Positions 16,690 through 26,377 of a stretch of DNA of 64,000 bases are shown here, one piece after another (position 1 is the first letter of the stretch; each line of letters starts with the position of its first letter). This stretch comes from Patescibacteria group bacterium (GTDB lineage: Bacteria; Patescibacteriota; Minisyncoccia; Phycocordibacterales; Phycocordibacteraceae): positions 553,209 through 617,208 of the forward strand of contig JAIELV010000001.1 in the NCBI GenBank assembly GCA_019752595.1. Direction: 5' to 3'. The position numbers and the translations under genes were made by a program. The notes beneath the pieces were generated by a model. The model was not told where the DNA came from, did not search any database, and saw nothing but the letters and a program-made list of their open reading frames with translations.

Positions 16690-18081
16690 TTAGAGCTCGT
16701 ACACTTCCCCTTCCCTTGGAACATCGACAGGGATATCAAAAAATCCTGAAATGCGTTGCGCTAGAAACGTAGCTCCTTCGGTTTCTCCTAACACCACAAA
16801 TGCGCGCTTCGGCGCGATTTTTTCTGCAAAATCCATAAGGTCGTCGCGATCGGCATGTGCTGAAAAGCCTCCAACCTTTAAAACTTTCGCGCGAATTTTT
16901 ATTTTTTGTCCGTCTATATCCACTTCTTTCGCACCATCCATAATGCGTCTCCCCAAAGAGCCTGGCACTTGGTAGCCGACTAAAAGAATGGTGGTTTCTT
17001 TATGTGGTAAATATTCCGCTTCGTGTTTTTTTATGCGTCCGCCGTGGCTCATGCCTGCGCCTGCGATAATCACTTTAGGTCCTGGCACTTTTGAAATGGC
17101 AGGCGATTCGTCAGGTCGAAGGGTCACCTTCAACGATGGGAATGCGAACGGGTCGTCGCCACCTTCAAGGCGCTTTCGTATCTCCTCACGTAAAAATTCA
17201 GGATGTCTTTTATAGACGGCGGTCACTTTGGCAGCAAGCGGAGAATCCATAAACACGGGTATCGAGGGTAGCGTGCCCGCGCTCATGGCAGCGTCGATGA
17301 TTGAGAGAATAATCTGCGTACGCTCCAAAGAAAAAGCAGGGATCAAAAGCGTGCCTTTCTTTGCAACCGCGCCGCGTACCGCTTCAAGGAGCGCTTCTTT
17401 GCTGTCCTCAATCGAGCCATGTGTGCGGTTCCCGTACACACTCTCGGTCACCAGTATTTCCGTACCTTCAGGAACTTCATGATCAGGAACCAGTGCCGAC
17501 GGCACACGTCCCAAATCCCCTGTCATAACTATGCGTCTACCATCGATATCTAAGACGACAAGCGCGGAGCCCAAAATATGCCCTGCGTTATATAGAGTTA
17601 CGGTAATACCTGGTGCCACGCTGACAGGCGAATGATAGTCGAGAGCGGTTATATGCTCGACTGCACGCGCAACGTCTTCACCATCGTACGGAGGTTCGTT
17701 GTTGCAGCGCTTTGCTTCAAGTGCGATGAGTTGGACCGAATCCTCGAGCATGATTGGCATCAATTCTTTTGTTGCCACAGTCGCGTATGCTTTGCCCACA
17801 AAACCTTCTTTCACAAGGCGCGGGAAAAGCCCAATGTGATCCGCGTGTGCGTGAGTAAAAAATATTGCATCAACCGTTTTAGGGTCGTATGAAAATGGTT
17901 GACTATTGGTGAGTTCGCAAAATCGTTCGCCCTGAGAGAGTCCGCAGTCAATCAGTATGCGCGTTGTCTTTCCGCCTGCCCCGAGCGTAGCCGAGGGGTT
18001 ATCTTCTATTTCAAAAAGAAAATTTGAGCCAGTGACCCTGCGTGCGCCACGAGCGAATGTCGCTTTAATTGTCTTAGCCAT
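16690..18081 (-). CDS. Metallo-beta-lactamase fold beta-CASP ribonuclease (RNase J-like), short form
   Basis: MBL motif FFTHAHADHIG, beta-CASP region, C-terminal GGFSAHADRDDL (motif C with His). Start placed at MAKTIKATF (18081); the track start at 18123 is an alternative. Confidence 0.8.
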   Translation of the reverse strand: MAKTIKATFARGARRVTGSNFLFEIEDNPSATLGAGGKTTRILIDCGLSQGERFCELTNSQPFSYDPKTVDAIFFTHAHADHIGLFPRLVKEGFVGKAYATVATKELMPIMLEDSVQLIALEAKRCNNEPPYDGEDVARAVEHITALDYHSPVSVAPGITVTLYNAGHILGSALVVLDIDGRRIVMTGDLGRVPSALVPDHEVPEGTEILVTESVYGNRTHGSIEDSKEALLEAVRGAVAKKGTLLIPAFSLERTQIILSIIDAAMSAGTLPSIPVFMDSPLAAKVTAVYKRHPEFLREEIRKRLEGGDDPFAFPSLKVTLRPDESPAISKVPGPKVIIAGAGMSHGGRIKKHEAEYLPHKETTILLVGYQVPGSLGRRIMDGAKEVDIDGQKIKIRAKVLKVGGFSAHADRDDLMDFAEKIAPKRAFVVLGETEGATFLAQRISGFFDIPVDVPREGEVYEL

Positions 18082-18484
18082 TGTTTTTGAAACGCGAGAA
18101 CACCATATACGAAAGAGTAGCACCTAAGACATCCATGACGAGGTCAATCGCTGTATCGATCTGCCTGACAGGGTATGAAAATTCCCTGTCGATGCCAACA
18201 AAAAACTCAAAGACCTCCCACAAAATACCGACGAGAAGCGAGAACGCGAAAACGTATAAAAATGTTTCATATTTTTTAAAAAATGCAGGCAACTCATACC
18301 GCACGACCCAGAGATACACTGCGCCGACCACCACGCCACCCAAAAAATGCATCAGAATGTCATACCACGAGTACCGCCAGTACAAATAATGCGCAAACGC
18401 CAGTTGCTGAAGGGCGCCCAAAAGGGCGACGAGCGCAAAAATAACCAAAAGTGAAATAAGTCGTGGCGACATACTGGGTATCAA
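18074..18484 (-). CDS. Hypothetical integral membrane protein, 136 aa, about 4 predicted TM helices
   Basis: Hydrophobic segments LISLLVIFALVALLGAL, FLGGVVVGAVYLWVV, LYVFAFSLLVGILWEVF. Overlaps the RNase J-like gene start by 8 nt. Confidence 0.5.
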   Translation of the reverse strand: MIPSMSPRLISLLVIFALVALLGALQQLAFAHYLYWRYSWYDILMHFLGGVVVGAVYLWVVRYELPAFFKKYETFLYVFAFSLLVGILWEVFEFFVGIDREFSYPVRQIDTAIDLVMDVLGATLSYMVFSRFKNNG

Positions 18485-18514
18485 AAATCCGTCATACGGT
18501 CTGACGGATTCTTA

Positions 18515-18660
18515 ATTGGGGTTTCTGGGAAATAGTAACCTCAGGCGCTTGGCCTAGGTGGGTGTCCGCAGTCTTTTTCCACCATCGGAACCGCGAGGGC
18601 TCACCAGAGTGTGACGATTTAAGACTCCCTATTGAATTATATCGAGGTTACTATTCACCC
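18515..18660. other. Candidate structured region: long imperfect inverted repeat GGGGTTTCTGGGAAATAGTAACCTC ... GAGGTTACTATTCACCCAATAACCCC enclosing ~100 nt
   Basis: 12-bp perfect core AATAGTAACCTC/GAGGTTACTATT extended to ~25 bp with mismatches. Lies in a 200-nt spacer with no ORF. No SRP, 6S or RNase P signature found. Confidence 0.25.
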
Positions 18661-18688
18661 AATAACCCCACTACTATTGTATCAAATG

Positions 18689-19207
18689 CTACCTCTCTCC
18701 AAGAATTGAGGCGAAAGTCCCCGTAGAGATACGCTTTACTACCTCCTCTGGAGAAAAAATGTGAGCATTCATTGCAACGTATATTCCTGCGGGAAGATAT
18801 TCGGTCTGTGCAATCGCATATCCTAGATTAAATGGCCCATCAGAAGGAGAGAAACCTTTTATAGGAATCAAAGAGCCTGTCAAAATAACGGTCTTATCAG
18901 TTTGTTTTAGTTTTGCCTTTAAAAAGCGGGCGGTATCGGGCATTGTGTAAGTGCCGTGTGTAATAATTATTTTTGAATATGGGCTCTCCTCAAGTGTAGC
19001 AAGTATTGAGTCCAAATCGCCCTCAGTAAGCCCCCTACTGTCTTTCATGCACACCTGACTAAATTCAAGGGGGGTATCCGTTTTGATCAACGCCATCACT
19101 TCGGGGAGAATTGATTTTTCACTCGGAACAGCAGTATCTTTAGTCCCGTCATAGACAGAGTCTATCGTGCCACCAGTAATCACAAAGTGGATGCCGTTTT
19201 TCAACAT
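18689..19207 (-). CDS. L-asparaginase / GatD N-terminal-like domain protein, 172 aa
   Basis: N-terminal VITGGTIDS threonine-containing motif typical of the asparaginase/glutaminase family. Only the N-terminal domain is present. Confidence 0.55.
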   Translation of the reverse strand: MLKNGIHFVITGGTIDSVYDGTKDTAVPSEKSILPEVMALIKTDTPLEFSQVCMKDSRGLTEGDLDSILATLEESPYSKIIITHGTYTMPDTARFLKAKLKQTDKTVILTGSLIPIKGFSPSDGPFNLGYAIAQTEYLPAGIYVAMNAHIFSPEEVVKRISTGTFASILGER

Positions 19208-19212
19208 AATTG

Positions 19213-19836
19213 TTATTCCAAGATACCGTCCAAGTTCACGTCGTAGAGCATTTGCTCTTGGAGGAGGCGATATTTCACTATTTCCTCAGGTTTAAACCAT
19301 ACTTGCAGCTCTCTTTCAGCTTCTTCAGGGGACTCCGAGCAGTGAATGAGGTTCCTCACAGCCCTGTTCTGGACTGAAGAGTGATCGTAGGAATCAACGG
19401 TGAAATCTCCACGAATCGTACCGACGTCTGATGTTTTCGGCTCTGTAGCGCCTACCAATTTCTTCACCACAGCGACCGATTCATTACCCTGCACGACAAA
19501 CGCAAGAATCGGACCCGCCGTCATAAAATTGACGATGAGATCAATTATCTCTCTCCCATAGTCCATTGCGTCTTTTTCAACGGGCAAATTGTGTAACTTT
19601 CTGTCTGCCACCACGCGCGCACCTTTTGCCGCAAACCACGCATCATCCTTGTTGTAGTGGGCCACAAGCTGTTCACGGTTTGGAACCAAAAGCTTGAATG
19701 CCACAAATTTTAATCCTGTACGTTCAATTCTGCGAATAATTTCACCCATCAACGAGCGCTGGACGCCGTCGGGCTTAATCAATACAAGCGTTCTTTCTTC
19801 TTGAAACTTAAGAATACTGTCGGCCATTTCGGGCAC
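19213..19836 (-). CDS. ndk: Nucleoside diphosphate kinase, with insertions (207 aa)
   Basis: ERTLVLIKPDGVQRSLMGEIIRR, Kpn-loop region, active-site NLIHCSE (NxxHGSD-like). Confidence 0.8.
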   Translation of the reverse strand: MPEMADSILKFQEERTLVLIKPDGVQRSLMGEIIRRIERTGLKFVAFKLLVPNREQLVAHYNKDDAWFAAKGARVVADRKLHNLPVEKDAMDYGREIIDLIVNFMTAGPILAFVVQGNESVAVVKKLVGATEPKTSDVGTIRGDFTVDSYDHSSVQNRAVRNLIHCSESPEEAERELQVWFKPEEIVKYRLLQEQMLYDVNLDGILE

Positions 19837-19871
19837 TCTAACATACCTTTATAAGGAGGCAACTCGCCGTT

Positions 19872-22793
19872 TTACGTGCCCTGCTCTTTTTGCGCCTCGC
19901 GCATCTGGTTGTACTTTATGTTGATTTCTTCTTCGACGGCATCGCGTGCGCGCCCAAACCGCTGATACGACATCTGCTTCAGTGCTTCCATGTTCATCGG
20001 ATCACCATTTTGGAATGCAATCGTTTCTATAGAAAATGGTGAAACTGGCTTGCCGCCAGCCAAGAGCTTCACGTACGCGTGAAAGTTATCGAGCTTAAAG
20101 AAATCGGTCGTTTCAAACACTGGCTGATACTGCTTTGCTAAAAATTCCGCATCTTCTGTACCGACACGGAACGTTGCCATCGTACCCACGTTACCGAATA
20201 CTGATTCTTTAATTTCTTTCGACAGCTGAGAGATGTACTGGTGCGCAATAGTGAGCGAAAGTCTGAATTTTCTGGCTTCAGAAAGAATTGTGGCAATGGT
20301 GTTTGTGGTTACGTTCTGGAACTCGTCGATATAGAGGTAGAAGTTCGGCGGATTGGTGTGCAGATAATCCGTACGCGCAAGCGCGGTCATCATGATTTTA
20401 CCGACAATCACAAGCCCGAGGAGGTTCGCGTTCAAATCTCCCAAACGGCCTTTCGAAAGGTTCACCAAAAGGATTTTCTTGTTATCCATGATGTCCTTGA
20501 AATTGAAAGCGCTCCTCTGCTGACCGACAATCGGGCGCATGATTTCGTTCGCGATAAAGATGTCGAATTTTGACGTAATGTATGGCACTACGTTTCGAAG
20601 GTCTCCCTCCCCACGTACATTTTCCGCAATATCCTCCCAGAAGTGATTCACTACAGAGTTTCTTGAACGGGAAAGTTTCAGTGCGCGGAAATTGTCGTCC
20701 GCCAAAACACGTGAAATATCCATAAGTGTAGAGCCCGTTTCGGGATCTTCAAGCACCAAAAGCGTGGCGTTTCGGAAGTATTGTTCGAATATCGGACCGA
20801 ATGCCTCAGGCACATCGCCGTACAGCTTCTTGAATATCTTGAACATCTCGTCCACCACGAATGTTTTCTGCTCAGGAAAACGGGGATCATACTCCAGCAT
20901 GTTCAAGCCCATCGGGCGCGCGGTGTATGCGGGATCAAAATAAATCACATCGTCGTAACGTTCCTTCGGAATGCGCGAAAGAATTTCCTGCACGTCAACA
21001 CCGTGCGGGTCTATAAAACACACGCCAGCCCCGCGCTCGATGTCCTGCATAATCATGTGTTTCAGGAAGTTCGTCTTACCCGTACCAGTCTGTCCGATGG
21101 TGTACATGTGACGGAGGCGATCTTCGTCGCCGAAGTGCACTAATGTTTCGATGTTCGAATAACGGTTTCTACCAATCGTAATACCGACTTGCGGCAATCC
21201 TGGTGGCGCAGGTGCAAGTTTTGCACTCGAAGTTTTTGCTTCGCGTGATGCGGTTCCGCCTGCAATGGTCCAGTGAAACATTGTCGAAAGCTCTGAAAGG
21301 TTCATCGGCATCAATGTGCTTCCCTCCACCATCGGTGTTGGTACTTTTTTCGTAAACTCCCAAATCAACTGCTCAATAACGGATTCGTGCGCATCACGGT
21401 CAAACAAACGGAAAATAAATTCGCGCATCAGTTTTCGTTTCGCACTCTTTCCATGCGGCGAATGAAACTTCAAACGATTTCCCTTTGCGTCTTCGTACTG
21501 ACCGAATGTTCCTTCAATTTCCGCAATAATTGCTTTTGCACGCTCTTTAGTACGCGCAGACGCCACAACGCGAATGTTGACGCCGACAATCACGCTCTTT
21601 ATTTTTTTATTGACCGCTTCAACCGTCAGCGTGTCCACGTGCTTATCATGCCCGCCACCACCACCTCCGCCATGCCCACCACCTGAAGAAGACTTCATCA
21701 TGTCTTTGGCCTCTTTTGCCGCCCCTACGAGAAACTGACGCCACAGGGGTTCTGGCTGTTCATACATGTGGTCAAGGAAAATGTACCCATGGCTTTTTTT
21801 CCCTTCATTCAAATCGTGAAGCACTTTGAGCATGCGTTTTGTGTGGTAATCTCCTGCGCCAGCAACAGAAATTTGTATCGATGCACCTTCGCCCTCCTGT
21901 GCGATTTTTGAAAGAGACGCGAGCGTGATGTTTAACGGGTCGTACGTAAAATCTTCAATAGTCTTTAGTGGTAGTGGTGCGGGACGTTTGTATTCTGCGT
22001 AAGCGATTTCAGTTGCGCCAAATTGGTTAAACGGATTGTAGTCATCTTTCTTTTCCGCCACGCGCGCGCGAGGGAAGATAGCAAAAATCTGCTTTTCAAA
22101 AAAGTCTCGTTTTTTGCGCGGAACCGCGAGGTAAAAAATCGCAAATTCGTTTGTATGCGACACCGCGATCTCCATGGTGAAGTGCTCCTTATGAAGCACC
22201 TTCCTGCGTTGTAAATCTTTGAGGAAATACACATCAGGAATAGAAACGAGCGGGATAACCGCCTGATAGAACTGCTCCATCTGCGTGATGATGTCTTTCA
22301 AACTCCCTCCTGCTTTTCCTGCGCCAGACTCAGGCACTGCAACCTCCAAAAGCACAAAATCAAGCGCTCTTGCGATTGGGTCGTGTGGGTCAAGGCCTGG
22401 GATAGCGTGCCCTTCTTTTTTGTACTGCACCAACAATCGGTGGAAATCGTCCTCGAGGTGCGGGTTGTCTATTTCTTCAAGCGCCTTCAGGGCCGCGGAG
22501 AAACCTTTCTCGCGAAGAATGCCAAGGAGGTGCTCCATGTCTTTGTCGTTCGCGTCAGGCGTGAGTTCCAAAATGATTCCCTTATCGCCTGGTTGGTGAT
22601 TTTGAGGCGCCGTAGAATCATCTGAAGCAGGCACCACAGGCGCTTCAACAGGCGGTCGAGGTTCATTACGGTACCCGTATCCACCCCCACCAGAACGGGC
22701 ATTTTCACGCATCTTTGCCATCTGCCTCTCAGGAGAAAGTTTTGCGTTTGCAGTCGAATCAGGACCTTTTAATTGCCCAAATGCCATACGCAT
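19872..22793 (-). CDS. Large FtsK/HerA-superfamily ATPase of the VirD4/TraD/TrwB coupling-protein type (973 aa). Low-complexity Pro-rich N-terminus and internal Gly/His-rich tract GGGHGGGGGGGHDKH.
   Basis: Walker A TIGQTGTGKTNF. CFIDPHG and YFDP blocks. Walker B-like YLYIDEFQ. C-terminal SLTIAHQY...L typical of the TraD/TraG C-terminal region. No N-terminal TM helices. Confidence 0.6.
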   Translation of the reverse strand: MRMAFGQLKGPDSTANAKLSPERQMAKMRENARSGGGGYGYRNEPRPPVEAPVVPASDDSTAPQNHQPGDKGIILELTPDANDKDMEHLLGILREKGFSAALKALEEIDNPHLEDDFHRLLVQYKKEGHAIPGLDPHDPIARALDFVLLEVAVPESGAGKAGGSLKDIITQMEQFYQAVIPLVSIPDVYFLKDLQRRKVLHKEHFTMEIAVSHTNEFAIFYLAVPRKKRDFFEKQIFAIFPRARVAEKKDDYNPFNQFGATEIAYAEYKRPAPLPLKTIEDFTYDPLNITLASLSKIAQEGEGASIQISVAGAGDYHTKRMLKVLHDLNEGKKSHGYIFLDHMYEQPEPLWRQFLVGAAKEAKDMMKSSSGGGHGGGGGGGHDKHVDTLTVEAVNKKIKSVIVGVNIRVVASARTKERAKAIIAEIEGTFGQYEDAKGNRLKFHSPHGKSAKRKLMREFIFRLFDRDAHESVIEQLIWEFTKKVPTPMVEGSTLMPMNLSELSTMFHWTIAGGTASREAKTSSAKLAPAPPGLPQVGITIGRNRYSNIETLVHFGDEDRLRHMYTIGQTGTGKTNFLKHMIMQDIERGAGVCFIDPHGVDVQEILSRIPKERYDDVIYFDPAYTARPMGLNMLEYDPRFPEQKTFVVDEMFKIFKKLYGDVPEAFGPIFEQYFRNATLLVLEDPETGSTLMDISRVLADDNFRALKLSRSRNSVVNHFWEDIAENVRGEGDLRNVVPYITSKFDIFIANEIMRPIVGQQRSAFNFKDIMDNKKILLVNLSKGRLGDLNANLLGLVIVGKIMMTALARTDYLHTNPPNFYLYIDEFQNVTTNTIATILSEARKFRLSLTIAHQYISQLSKEIKESVFGNVGTMATFRVGTEDAEFLAKQYQPVFETTDFFKLDNFHAYVKLLAGGKPVSPFSIETIAFQNGDPMNMEALKQMSYQRFGRARDAVEEEINIKYNQMREAQKEQGT

Positions 22794-22825
22794 TAGTATA
22801 ACGCTCTCTCTGGCACTCAGCGCAA

Positions 22826-22853
22826 AGAAAAACCCCGCGATTGCGGGGTTTTG
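22826..22853. terminator. Bidirectional Rho-independent terminator (A-run, then CCCCGC-GATT-GCGGGG, then TTTT)
   Basis: 6-bp GC stem flanked by A- and T-runs. On the minus strand it lies between the 22977..23831 gene and the large ATPase. Confidence 0.6.
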
Positions 22854-22976
22854 TATTACTTCTTTTTATCCTGTTTTGGTTTCTTCTTTTCTTTTCTTCG
22901 CGAATCGTTGCCTTTTGCCATAGAAAATAATTACTTGTATCTACCTATAATATCACCGCCGAGAACTGGTGCGGAT

Positions 22977-23831
22977 CTATTTTAGAAAACCCACCGTCGA
23001 GAGAAACGGAGTGAAATCTTTTTTAATCTGCGATTCTTGATCAAGATACGAACCTGATATTACGTACACGCGCCCTTCGTGCGCCACCACAAGTGTTTCT
23101 GAGGCGTACAAACCGTCGCCATCATACCGAATTCCTTTTGCACCGTTCAGTGTTGTGTCTGTCACTTCCCCACGTGCGAGTGTAATATTCGAAACACTTG
23201 GATTTGCCTCCGCCCACGCACGCGCAGATTGCGCTTTAGGATTCTTATAAATCAACACACTGATAGTCGGCGGCCCTTCACGTCCAGGCTCCCCAGCCTG
23301 AAGTGCGTCATACTCCGACTTCTGCGTAAGAATGTAGGCTTCTTCAAAATCAGCAGCTTCTTCGTTGCCGTGTGGTGGGGTTGTAAGAACGTACCCATCC
23401 TGCGTACCTTTCCGATAATGGAATCGCACCTTAAGTTCGCGGTCTAACACAATACCTGTAATGCGCAGATAGTGCTCCATGGAACCACACGGCACCACGA
23501 CACCCTCTTCTGTTATGTCACCTACTACTTCAAGCCCGTCGCCAATTGAAAGGGTTGATATATCTCCGATAGAATCTTTCGCTTCGCACAAATTCATCCT
23601 CGCAGGAACTTCAATGGTGTAACTCTTTCCATCTTCAGTTGCCAATATAATTCTTCCAGGACCGTCATACGTCATTGGCTCTAAGTCGACCGCGGTCACA
23701 AGACCGAGTAATTCAATTCGTTTCGTGTCAGACTGCTTTTCGTTATAAATGTACGTGTTCAACGCAAAGAACGCGCCAATTAAGAGTGCGAGAATAATTC
23801 CCCCGCCGATGAGTATGTTTTTTAAATTCAT
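22977..23831 (-). CDS. Hypothetical membrane-anchored protein (single N-terminal TM helix, 284 aa)
   Basis: N-terminal NILIGGGIILALLIGAFFAL hydrophobic helix, then a soluble domain. No motif recognised. Confidence 0.5.
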   Translation of the reverse strand: MNLKNILIGGGIILALLIGAFFALNTYIYNEKQSDTKRIELLGLVTAVDLEPMTYDGPGRIILATEDGKSYTIEVPARMNLCEAKDSIGDISTLSIGDGLEVVGDITEEGVVVPCGSMEHYLRITGIVLDRELKVRFHYRKGTQDGYVLTTPPHGNEEAADFEEAYILTQKSEYDALQAGEPGREGPPTISVLIYKNPKAQSARAWAEANPSVSNITLARGEVTDTTLNGAKGIRYDGDGLYASETLVVAHEGRVYVISGSYLDQESQIKKDFTPFLSTVGFLK

Positions 23832-23887
23832 ATATATATTCTATCAGGGAGACGAAAGTACCACCCTCACTCTTACATTCCCCCAGT

Positions 23888-23908
23888 GTGCTATACTAAG
23901 TATAGCAC
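23888..23908. repeat. REP unit copy GTGCTATACTAAGTATAGCAC (+ATTTTCTG), solitary
   Basis: 21-bp palindrome identical, apart from the central base, to the units flanking the RAYT gene at 37733.. and 38483.. and to the copy at 47922... Confidence 0.6.
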
Positions 23909-23921
23909 ATTTTCTGTAAAA

Positions 23922-24470
23922 CTACGTTGCTTTCGTTTTGAGGTAAAAATCCAAAGCGTGACGAATTCCTTGTGAAAAATCTGAAGGTTGTTTCTTTATC
24001 CAATCCTGCAAATCTGACATCGAAATCCATCTCACGTCTGAAACCTCGCCAGGGTCAAATTGTATTGGGCCGTCGTAGCGCCCTTCGTACACCATGTTAA
24101 ATCGCTTTCGTGTGGGTGTTTCTTCGGTAATTTCTGAGTAATGTTTCCCGATCTCTTTGAGGGTTACATTTTCTATACCAACCTCTTCTTTCAGTTCACG
24201 TACTGCTGCTTCTAAATATTCTTCGCCTTCATCAACATGTCCTGCAGCACTATCATCCCACCGATTCGGGAAAGAGGAGACATGCGAAGAGCGTTTTTGA
24301 ATCAACATCTCCCCTTTCGAGTTAAAAATGAATACTCGAGAGATTCTGTGGATAATTCCTTTCTCAACCGCATCAGGGCGTGAGCCTGCGCCTATAACAT
24401 TGTCGTCAACATCAACATATACAATCTTCTTCTCCATATTTGCAGTATACGGTTTAAGAACCGCAGACAA
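23922..24470 (-). CDS. NUDIX hydrolase
   Basis: Nudix box GHVDEGEEYLEAAVRELKEEVGI. Confidence 0.75.
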   Translation of the reverse strand: MSAVLKPYTANMEKKIVYVDVDDNVIGAGSRPDAVEKGIIHRISRVFIFNSKGEMLIQKRSSHVSSFPNRWDDSAAGHVDEGEEYLEAAVRELKEEVGIENVTLKEIGKHYSEITEETPTRKRFNMVYEGRYDGPIQFDPGEVSDVRWISMSDLQDWIKKQPSDFSQGIRHALDFYLKTKAT

Positions 24471-25242
24471 AAGTGAGGGTGTGTTGTTTGCTCTTCAAGA
24501 GGTTAACTTCAGTTTTTACTCCCAAAAGCGAAGCCTCGTCTAACTGAATGTCAGACACACGATTTGCAACGGGATATGAGCCTGAGAATCCAATTGCTGC
24601 TATCTCCAATATTCCAGGGCGTGTGCCGTCAATGGTTACTGGAACAGGGGGTATGGCCGCAACAGCAGATTCACCGTTTTGTATGGAAACGTCAGGAAGC
24701 GAAACACCAGGGAATTTGATATCAAAAGAAGCTGGCGATTCTATAGTGCTACACCCTCTATTTTCAATTACCACATCGACCGCTGTTACGTGAAGTGCGC
24801 CTACTACCCCCACAGCAACAATGGTGATAATTCCCATGGGTCCTTTCACGGTGCGGAAAATTCCTTCCCAAGGAGTTTTCGCACTTCCACTTGCGTTAGT
24901 TTTTTCGGCTACATCAAATTCCTGCTCAACCCGTGCGATTTCTTTTTTTAGTTGAGTGAAAAACGCAAAGAGGCCGAGGACTGCTTTCTTCCTCTTCTTT
25001 TCTTCTTCCGTTCCTTCGGGCATTGCTTCGGCGGAAAGACTCAGGACTTCCCCATTCAAAACTTTCTCTACTTTCCCGAGTTCTGATTCTGCGCGCAGTA
25101 CATGCGACTCTAGCTCAGGATGCATTCCTTTCAGAATGATTCGAATAGAATTCAGTTTTTCCTTGGGCGTTGAAGAATCAGCAAAAACGGCCTGCGCCGC
25201 CGTCAACCGTTTCTTCACGTCCACATAATCTATCTGCTTCAC
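24454..25242 (-). CDS. Hypothetical protein, 262 aa, with an internal hydrophobic segment
   Basis: Long ORF overlapping the NUDIX start by 17 nt. No family recognised. Confidence 0.45.
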   Translation of the reverse strand: MKQIDYVDVKKRLTAAQAVFADSSTPKEKLNSIRIILKGMHPELESHVLRAESELGKVEKVLNGEVLSLSAEAMPEGTEEEKKRKKAVLGLFAFFTQLKKEIARVEQEFDVAEKTNASGSAKTPWEGIFRTVKGPMGIITIVAVGVVGALHVTAVDVVIENRGCSTIESPASFDIKFPGVSLPDVSIQNGESAVAAIPPVPVTIDGTRPGILEIAAIGFSGSYPVANRVSDIQLDEASLLGVKTEVNLLKSKQHTLTFVCGS

Positions 25243-25286
25243 AAAAAAATTATACCTCCGTTTCGAAAAAGAGCGCCTCGGCGCTC

Positions 25287-25583
25287 TTAAAGTCTCTCGG
25301 TGTCAAGCATGCGATAGCGACTTTCAATCTGTGTTCTCAGACCCGCACGTTCCGCAGGTGTGGCGCCTATGATATCCAAATAGAGTTCAGCAGTTCTGCG
25401 TCCGTCTCCAGGTTCTTCGTCAACAACGACTTTTACAGGCGCGACACGCCCTTCTCTATATCTTTTGGCACTCGCCTCACGCTCTCGAAACTGCGCTCGT
25501 GCGAAATCGTCCAAATGTGCCTGCGACCAAACCATACCGTTCATTACACACCCATAATACGCCTCTGTCAAACTCACTCTCAA
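25287..25583 (-). CDS. Hypothetical protein, 98 aa
   Basis: ORF ending 4 nt inside the suhB start. No family recognised. Confidence 0.35.
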   Translation of the reverse strand: MRVSLTEAYYGCVMNGMVWSQAHLDDFARAQFREREASAKRYREGRVAPVKVVVDEEPGDGRRTAELYLDIIGATPAERAGLRTQIESRYRMLDTERL

Positions 25584-26341
25584 ACCTTGAGAGCACGAAG
25601 CAATTCGTCATGCACGTGAGCGTTTGAAGCCACGAATCCGTTCACTTTTCCGTCATACCGCTGCTCAGCGCCCTTTAAATCAGTCACTTTCCCGCCTGCT
25701 TCTTCTACTACGATTTTTACCGCAGCAGCATCCCACGGCTTGTCATAGGGATATATTGCCGCTACGAATTCCCCTGTTGCAACCAGCATGCTTGCGTACA
25801 CGCAGGAATAAATTGTGGGAACGTAACATTCTTTCTCATGTAAATACGCACGGAGCGAAGTCATTCTGTCGTCGGTATTTAATTCGACGAATGATTGTTT
25901 GGTAATTTCCTTTTCGGAAGACACTGAAATTTTCTGTCCGTTCAAATGCGCACCCTTTCCTTTTTCAGCGGATATCATGCGATCCATAATTGGGTCATAC
26001 ATCACCCCAAGAATGCTTTCGCCGTTTTTCGTGAGCGCCAAGGAAAACGCGAACGTCGGGAAACCGTGTGAAAACGGAATCGTGCCGTCCACGGGGTCAC
26101 ACACCCACGCGTATTCGCTTTCTTTCAGATTGCTGGCTTCCTCCCCGATGACAGAGTGCGAGGGATACGCCTTCGAAATGGCTTCAATAACAAGCTTATT
26201 GATTGCGGTGTCGGTTACCGTAAGTGGAGTGTTGTCCGACTTCCACTCTTTCTTCATGCCTGTAACGCCGAGCGAGAAATTCTCCCGCATTATTTTCCCT
26301 GCCTCCCGCGCCAACCCTTCTGCAAATTCAAGCTCTTTCAT
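25580..26341 (-). CDS. suhB: Inositol monophosphatase family protein
   Basis: IGEEAS...WVCDPVDGTIPFSHGFPTFAFSLAL and C-terminal WDAAA motifs of the IMPase family. Confidence 0.8.
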   Translation of the reverse strand: MKELEFAEGLAREAGKIMRENFSLGVTGMKKEWKSDNTPLTVTDTAINKLVIEAISKAYPSHSVIGEEASNLKESEYAWVCDPVDGTIPFSHGFPTFAFSLALTKNGESILGVMYDPIMDRMISAEKGKGAHLNGQKISVSSEKEITKQSFVELNTDDRMTSLRAYLHEKECYVPTIYSCVYASMLVATGEFVAAIYPYDKPWDAAAVKIVVEEAGGKVTDLKGAEQRYDGKVNGFVASNAHVHDELLRALKV

Positions 26342-26377
26342 GCCCCTATTCTACATCTATTCTCAATTCGTAGCGGG

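Noticed and set aside
18485-18688. SRP RNA, 6S RNA or RNase P RNA in the spacer after the membrane protein gene
   Set aside because: No GGAAG...AGCAGCC-type SRP domain IV motif and no RNase P P4 (AGGAAAGTCCGGGC) motif found on either strand. Kept only as a generic candidate structured region.
22860-22925. 21-aa highly basic mini-ORF (MAKGNDSRRKEKKKPKQDKKK) on the minus strand
   Set aside because: Too short, no RBS. Overlaps the terminator region.
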